From a virus (taxonomy: Duplodnaviria; Heunggongvirae; Uroviricota; Caudoviricetes), in IMG/VR virus record IMGVR_UViG_2563366985_000003: 48,122 nucleotides of DNA. One strand, written 5' to 3'. Below are positions 42,480 through 48,122 of this stretch, in pieces. The notes under the pieces are model-generated. The model was given only the letters and a program-made list of their open reading frames with translations, was not told where the DNA came from and searched no databases. The position numbers and the translations under genes are program-made. Position 1 is the first letter of the stretch. Every line of letters begins with the position of its first letter.

Positions 42480-43055
42480 ATGGATTTCGACACAATCATG
42501 GAAAAGGCTTACGAAGAATACTTCGAAGGCCTTGCCGAAGGCGAAGAAGCTCTCAGCTTCAGTGAGTTTAAACAGGCACTCAGAATAAGAATGTGCTCTC
42601 ACAATGACGCGGAGCACAAATATGAGAAGCAAAATCAGACCGCAGAAAATTTTGTTCTGGAACCCGGAGAAACGCTTTTCAAAATTCCCGTTACGTGCCC
42701 CATTTGCGGTTTTACATCAGAAGAACTTGACGACTCCTGTAACAATCAGGAAACAACCAAGTATGTCGAAGATGATACCGAGTGCGCACGAAGAACGATT
42801 ATATCCACGAGTCCAAACTCCAGGACCAATAAATCTCACTTTGAGAGGGTGATTAATCCACTCCCCCAAACCAATAAAAAAGATGCCGGAGGACAAAAAA
42901 CCCAATGGAACAACGGGATATCTGTCAAAAAAAGACGTTCCATTAAAGACAAACAACGCAGCGCCAACAACTGTAAGCGCTTTATACCAGTAATCAATTT
43001 TCATGTTCTTAAGCGGATTTATTGGTGGTTGCGACATTGCTTAATGAATCCTTAA
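42480..43055 (+). CDS. Hypothetical protein in ydfB/ydfC position (single 191-aa ORF here)
   Basis: ORF from MDFDTIMEKAYEEYFEGL... with CPICGF zinc-ribbon-like motif; continuous frame to 43055. Confidence 0.4.
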   Translation: MDFDTIMEKAYEEYFEGLAEGEEALSFSEFKQALRIRMCSHNDAEHKYEKQNQTAENFVLEPGETLFKIPVTCPICGFTSEELDDSCNNQETTKYVEDDTECARRTIISTSPNSRTNKSHFERVINPLPQTNKKDAGGQKTQWNNGISVKKRRSIKDKQRSANNCKRFIPVINFHVLKRIYWWLRHCLMNP

Positions 43056-43314
43056 AACTGTGGTGATTTTAAGGATACCACCTCGCCTGACGTGGTTAAA
43101 AGCAGGCACACAACACGAAAGCGCACGGCGAAGTTCGTCTCGCTGTACGGTGTCGTTAAATTTAATTCGACCGTGCGCTTCCGGTTGTGGCAACCCGCAA
43201 AATGGCGCGGCGGTAAGTATGGCGGGGTTATTCCTTCCCCGTTGAGGACACCGGGTTGTCAGGTTGACCATACGCTTAAGTGACAACCCCGCTGCAACGC
43301 CCTCTGTTATCAAT

Positions 43315-43377
43315 TTTCTGGTGACGTTTGGCGGTATCAGTTTTACTCCGTGACTGCTCTGCCGCCGTTTTTAAAGT
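43315..43377 (+). ncRNA. dicF: DicF small regulatory RNA (ftsZ-targeting sRNA)
   Basis: TTTCTGGTGACGTTTGGCGGTATCAGTTTTACTCCGTGACTGCTCTGCCGCC followed by TTTTT matches remembered DicF. Confidence 0.8.
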
Positions 43378-43541
43378 GAATTTTGTGATGCGGTGAATGC
43401 GGCTAAGCGCACGCGGAACAGTTAAAACCAAAAACAGTGTTATGGGTGGATTCTCTGTATCCGGCGTTAATTGTTAACTGGTTAACGTCACCTGGAGGCA
43501 CCAGGCACTGCATCACAAAATTCATTGTTGAGGACGCGATA

Positions 43542-43730
43542 ATGAAAACGTTATTACCAAACGTTAATACGTCTGAAGGTTGTTTTGAAATTGGTGTGAC
43601 TATCAGTAACCCTGTATTTACTGAAGATGCCATTAACAAGAGAAAACAAGAACGGGAACTATTAAATAAAATATGCATTGTTTCAATGCTGGCTCGTTTA
43701 CGTCTGATGCCAAAAGGATGTGCACAATGA
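43542..43730 (+). CDS. dicB: Cell-division inhibitor DicB
   Basis: 62 aa MKTLLPNVNTSEGCFEIGVTISNPVFTEDAINKRKQERELLNKICIVSMLARLRLMPKGCAQ. Confidence 0.9.
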   Translation: MKTLLPNVNTSEGCFEIGVTISNPVFTEDAINKRKQERELLNKICIVSMLARLRLMPKGCAQ

Positions 43731-43918
43731 ATTCAGCATTTGCGCTTGTTCTGACAGTTTTTCTTGTTTCCGGAGAGCCAGTTGATATTGCAGTCAGTGT
43801 TCACAGGACAATGCAGGAGTGTATGACTGCAGCAACCGAACAGAAAATTCCCGGTAACTGTTATCCGGTCGATAAAGTTATTCACCAGGATAATATCGAA
43901 ATCCCGGCAGGTCTTTAA
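43727..43918 (+). CDS. ydfD: YdfD small protein
   Basis: 63 aa MNSAFALVLTVFLVSGEPVDIAVSV..., ATGA overlap with dicB. Confidence 0.8.
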   Translation: MNSAFALVLTVFLVSGEPVDIAVSVHRTMQECMTAATEQKIPGNCYPVDKVIHQDNIEIPAGL

Positions 43919-44011
43919 AACAGTTCCGTAATAAATATCCGGTTTCATTCTTATATGCCAGCAATGGCAGGGATTTGTTCATCCTTAAATCTGTCATGAG
44001 GTTAAAACAAA

Positions 44012-46483
44012 ATGAGTAAAGTCTTTATTTGCGCCGCTATTCCTGACGAACTGGCAACAAGGGAAGAAGGCGCTGTGGCTGTAGCCACAGCCATTGAAGC
44101 TGGCGACGAACGCCGTGCTCGAGCAAAATTTCACTGGCAGTTCCTGGAACATTATCCGGCTGCTCAGGACTGCGCTTATAAATTTATTGTCTGCGAGGAT
44201 AAACCTGGCATACCCCGCCCTGCCCTCGATTCATGGGATGCTGAATATATGCAGGAAAACCGCTGGGATGAGGAGTCTGCTTCTTTTGTCCCGGTTGAGA
44301 CTGAATCCGATCCGATGAACGTCACTTTTGACAAGCTGGCCCCTGAAGTACAGAACGCTGTCATGGTTAAGTTCGACACATGTGAAAACATCACCGTTGA
44401 TATGGTTATTAGCGCACAGGAATTGTTGCAGGAAGACATGGCAACATTCGACGGACATATCGTTGAAGCGTTGATGAAAATGCCAGAAGTTAACGCCATG
44501 TATCCGGAGCTTAAGTTGCACGCCATTGGGTGGGTTAAGCATAAATGTATTCCTGGTGCTAAATGGCCCGAAATTCAGGCAGAGATGCGCATCTGGAAAA
44601 AACGTCGCGAAGGTGAACGCAAGGAAACCGGAAAATACACGTCTGTTGTTGATCTCGCCCGCGCCAGAGCCAATCAACAGTACACTGAAAATTCAACAGG
44701 AAAAATCAGCCCGGTCATTGCTGCCATTCATCGCGAATACAAGCAGACATGGAAAACACTGGATGACGAACTGGCCTACGCTCTCTGGCCTGGTGATGTG
44801 GATGCCGGAAACATTGACGGCAGCATCCATCGCTGGGCAAAAAAAGAAGTTATCGACAACGACCGCGAAGACTGGAAGCGTATCTCGGCATCAATGCGCA
44901 AACAGCCTGATGCCCTTCGCTACGACCGCCAGACTATTTTTGGCCTTGTCCGTGAGCGTCCGATCGACATTCACAAAGATCCCATAGCACTGAACAAATA
45001 TATCTGCGAATACCTGACGACAAAGGGCGTGTTTGAGAATGAAGAAACAGACCTGGGCACTGTTGATGTTCTCCAGTCATCAGAAACACAAACTGATGCA
45101 GTGGAAACTGAGGTATCTGATATCCCAAAAAATGAAACCGCGCCGGAAGCTGAACCATCTGTAGAGCGTGAGGGGCCGTTCTATTTCCTCTTCGCAGATA
45201 AGGACGGAGAAAAATACGGTCGCGCAAACAAACTTTCTGGTCTGGATAAGGCACTGGCTGCTGGCGCCACTGAAATCACAAAAGAAGAATATTTTGCCCG
45301 AAAAAATGGCACATACACGGGCTTACCGCAAAATGTAGATACCGCTGAAGATTCAGAACAACCAGAGCTGATAAAAGTTACCGCTGACGAAGTAAACAAA
45401 ATTATGCAGGCAGCCAATATCAGCCAGCCTGACGCCGATAAGTTGCTTGCTGCATCACGTGGTGAATTTGTTGAAGGGATTAGTGACCCGAATGATCCGA
45501 AATGGGTTAAGGGGATCCAGACCCGCGATTCTGTGAACCAGAACCAGCATGAATCGGAACGGAACTACCAAAAAGCGGAACAAAACAGCACAAATGCGTT
45601 ACAAAACGAGCCAGAAACGAAACAGCCTGAACCAGTGGCGCAACAGGAAGTGGAAAAAGTCTGCACCGCCTGCGGTCAGACCGGCGGCGGCAACTGCCCT
45701 GATTGTGGCGCGGTGATGGGCGACGCAACATACCAAGAAACATTCGATGAAGAGTATCAGGTTGAAGTTCAGGAAGATGATCCGGAGGAAATGGAAGGCG
45801 CTGAACATCCACACAAGGAGAACACTGGCGGCAATCAGCATCACAATAGCGATAATGAAACTGGCGAGACGGCAGATCACTCAATTAAGGTGAACGGTCA
45901 TCACGAAATCACATCCACCAGCAGGACGTGTGACCATCTAATGATCGACCTTGAAACCATGGGAAAAAATCCTGATGCCCCGATCATCTCAATAGGTGCA
46001 ATATTTTTCGATCCGCAAACCGGAGATATGGGACCGGAATTTAGTAAGACTATCGATCTGGAAACTGCTGGCGGAGTCATTGATCGGGACACCATTAAAT
46101 GGTGGCTTAAGCAATCACGCGAAGCGCAATCTGCCATTATGACCGATGAAATCCCGTTAGATGATGCACTGTTACAATTGCGGGAATTTATCGACGAAAA
46201 CTCCGGTGAATTTTTTGTTCAGGTTTGGGGAAATGGAGCCAACTTCGACAACACGATTTTGCGCCGTTCATACGAACGGCAGGGGATCCCCTGCCCGTGG
46301 CGTTACTACAACGATCGCGATGTACGCACAATCGTTGAGCTGGGGAAAGCCATAGACTTCGATGCCAGAACGGCTATTCCATTCGAAGGTGAGCGCCATA
46401 ATGCACTTGATGACGCCCGTTACCAGGCAAAATACGTTTCAGTTATCTGGCAAAAACTGATCCCGAGTCAGGCTGATTCTTAA
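44012..46483 (+). CDS. Large early protein with C-terminal DEDDh (DnaQ-like) 3'-5' exonuclease domain (YdfE-like N-terminus)
   Basis: 823 aa; C-terminal Exo I (MIDLETMG), Exo II (GNGANFD), Exo III (HNALDDARYQAKY) motifs. Confidence 0.75.
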   Translation: MSKVFICAAIPDELATREEGAVAVATAIEAGDERRARAKFHWQFLEHYPAAQDCAYKFIVCEDKPGIPRPALDSWDAEYMQENRWDEESASFVPVETESDPMNVTFDKLAPEVQNAVMVKFDTCENITVDMVISAQELLQEDMATFDGHIVEALMKMPEVNAMYPELKLHAIGWVKHKCIPGAKWPEIQAEMRIWKKRREGERKETGKYTSVVDLARARANQQYTENSTGKISPVIAAIHREYKQTWKTLDDELAYALWPGDVDAGNIDGSIHRWAKKEVIDNDREDWKRISASMRKQPDALRYDRQTIFGLVRERPIDIHKDPIALNKYICEYLTTKGVFENEETDLGTVDVLQSSETQTDAVETEVSDIPKNETAPEAEPSVEREGPFYFLFADKDGEKYGRANKLSGLDKALAAGATEITKEEYFARKNGTYTGLPQNVDTAEDSEQPELIKVTADEVNKIMQAANISQPDADKLLAASRGEFVEGISDPNDPKWVKGIQTRDSVNQNQHESERNYQKAEQNSTNALQNEPETKQPEPVAQQEVEKVCTACGQTGGGNCPDCGAVMGDATYQETFDEEYQVEVQEDDPEEMEGAEHPHKENTGGNQHHNSDNETGETADHSIKVNGHHEITSTSRTCDHLMIDLETMGKNPDAPIISIGAIFFDPQTGDMGPEFSKTIDLETAGGVIDRDTIKWWLKQSREAQSAIMTDEIPLDDALLQLREFIDENSGEFFVQVWGNGANFDNTILRRSYERQGIPCPWRYYNDRDVRTIVELGKAIDFDARTAIPFEGERHNALDDARYQAKYVSVIWQKLIPSQADS

Positions 46484-46555
46484 TGTTCAACTGTCGCCGG
46501 TTGTGACTGGTATTCTGCAACCGGCGCTCGTCTGATGTAAGAGATAAAGAAATCG

Positions 46556-46807
46556 ATGAGCGAAGTAATCATGATTGTCTCTCCCGGCAAATGGGTATCC
46601 GAAGAGCAGTTAATTGCGCTGAAAGGAATAAAAAAAGGTACGTTAAAAAAGGCCCGGGAAAAATCGTTTATGGAAGGAAGGGAATATAAGCATGTCGCTC
46701 ATGACGGTATGCCATGGGATAACAGTCCATGCTTTTACAACCTGGAAGAAATTGATCGCTGGATTGAGCGCCAGGCATCAGCGAGACCAAGACGTCATCT
46801 TACTTGA
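46556..46807 (+). CDS. Excisionase-like small DNA-binding protein
   Basis: 83-aa ORF immediately upstream of integrase. Confidence 0.5.
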   Translation: MSEVIMIVSPGKWVSEEQLIALKGIKKGTLKKAREKSFMEGREYKHVAHDGMPWDNSPCFYNLEEIDRWIERQASARPRRHLT

Positions 46808-46841
46808 CTAAAAGCCACACTAACTAATGAGAGAAGTTGAA

Positions 46842-48122
46842 ATGAAATATCCGACAGGCGTGGAAAACCATGGAGGGAAATTACGTATCTGGTTTGTTTA
46901 TAAAGGCGTAAGAGTCAGGGAAAATCTGGGGGTTCCTGACACAGCAAAAAACAGGCGCGTTGCAGGTGAACTACGCTCCTCTGTTTGTTACGCAATAAAA
47001 ACTGGTGTTTTCGACTATGCAAAACAGTTTCCCTCCTCACGCAATCTGGAAAAATTTGGTGAGGCCCGACAAGATTTAACCATAAAAGAACTGGCTGAAA
47101 AATTTCTGGCACTGAAAGAAACTGAAGTCGCCAAAACATCACTCAACACATACCGTGCCGTCATCAAAAATATCCTGAGCATAATCGGTGAAAAAAATCT
47201 TGCCTCATCGATTAATAAAGAAAAATTACTGGAGGTTCGTAAAGAGCTACTGACTGGATACCAGATCCCCAAAAGTAACTATATTGTTACACAACCTGGG
47301 AGATCGGCTGTAACTGTAAATAATTACATGACAAATCTTAACGCCGTGTTCCAGTTTGGTGTTGATAACGGTTACCTGCCAGATAATCCGTTTAAGGGGA
47401 TCTCGCCATTAAAGGAATCAAGAACCATTCCGGATCCTCTTTCGCGGGAGGAATTTATCCGTCTTATCGATGCGTGCAGAAATCAGCAAGCAAAAAATTT
47501 ATGGTGTGTTTCTGTTTATACTGGCGTTCGCCCTGGTGAGCTGTGTGCACTTGGATGGGAGGACATAGATCTGAAAAATGGAACAATGATGATCAGGAGA
47601 AATTTAGCAAAAGACCGTTTCACGGTACCAAAAACACAGGCGGGAACCAATCGGGTCATTCATCTTATTAAGCCAGCAATCGACGCTCTCCGGAGTCAGA
47701 TGACATTAACGAGACTGAGCAAAGAGCATATCATTGATGTTCACCTCAGAGAGTATGGCAGAACAGAAAAACAAAAATGCACCTTTGTTTTTCAACCTGA
47801 AGTGTCAGCGAGAGTAAAAAATTATGGTGACCATTTTACCGTTGACTCAATAAGGCAGATGTGGGACGCAGCGATAAAACGTGCCGGACTCCGCCATCGA
47901 AAATCATATCAGTCGAGACATACTTATGCCTGCTGGTCGCTGACAGCTGGTGCTAACCCGGCATTTATAGCAAACCAGATGGGCCATGCAGATGCGCAAA
48001 TGGTATTTCAGGTATACGGAAAATGGATGTCTGAAAACAATAATGCACAGGTAGCTTTGTTAAATACACAGTTAAGCGAGTTTGCCCCAACCATGCCCCA
48101 TAACGAAGCAATGAAAAATTAA
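46842..48122 (+). CDS. intQ: Tyrosine recombinase (phage integrase)
   Basis: C-terminal catalytic region with R...H..R...Y pattern (RPGELCAL, HTYACWSL, HADAQMVFQVY); stop at window end. Confidence 0.9.
   Translation: MKYPTGVENHGGKLRIWFVYKGVRVRENLGVPDTAKNRRVAGELRSSVCYAIKTGVFDYAKQFPSSRNLEKFGEARQDLTIKELAEKFLALKETEVAKTSLNTYRAVIKNILSIIGEKNLASSINKEKLLEVRKELLTGYQIPKSNYIVTQPGRSAVTVNNYMTNLNAVFQFGVDNGYLPDNPFKGISPLKESRTIPDPLSREEFIRLIDACRNQQAKNLWCVSVYTGVRPGELCALGWEDIDLKNGTMMIRRNLAKDRFTVPKTQAGTNRVIHLIKPAIDALRSQMTLTRLSKEHIIDVHLREYGRTEKQKCTFVFQPEVSARVKNYGDHFTVDSIRQMWDAAIKRAGLRHRKSYQSRHTYACWSLTAGANPAFIANQMGHADAQMVFQVYGKWMSENNNAQVALLNTQLSEFAPTMPHNEAMKN

Noticed and set aside
43041-43313. Small ORFs of 61-90 aa on both strands
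   Set aside because: Lie in the untranslated segment leading to dicF (the sRNA precursor region); no start context, overlapping one another.
44176-45884. Minus-strand ORFs of 78-148 aa
   Set aside because: Antisense within the 823-aa exonuclease gene, whose frame is continuous and carries DEDDh motifs.

Overview
The window is an almost complete lambdoid, Qin-like prophage (about 1285-48122) of an Escherichia-type chromosome, abutting the 3' part of the MFS transporter gene ydfJ (1-1284, minus). All calls rest on reading the supplied ORF translations and DNA by eye against remembered protein families; no searches were run. Read right to left the order is lambda-like: integrase and excisionase-like gene, a large exonuclease, the dicB-dicF-ydfA operon, the dicA/dicC immunity switch, an O-like replication gene with iterons, an accessory cargo block, antiterminator Q, cold-shock morons (cspB, frameshifted cspF, cspI, gnsB), a pinholin/SAR-endolysin/Rz-Rz1 lysis cassette, cos, Nu1/A terminase, W, a portal gene split by an IS3-family element, a ClpP-protease/capsid fusion, lambda-like tail genes Z-U-V-G/T-H-M-L-K-I-J, lom, a repeat-rich side tail fibre and a Pin-family invertase. 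The most interesting feature is in the cargo block: an AT-rich two-gene module (4-TM membrane protein plus a 342-aa partner, 36829-38468) that sits where K-12 Qin carries relBE, is bracketed by duplicated hok-leader-like sequence, and has the architecture of a membrane-sensor/effector anti-phage system (Kiwa-like or undescribed). Next to it is a QueH-type epoxyqueuosine reductase homologue. The prophage is probably defective because the portal gene is interrupted. No tRNA, rRNA or CRISPR array was recognised.
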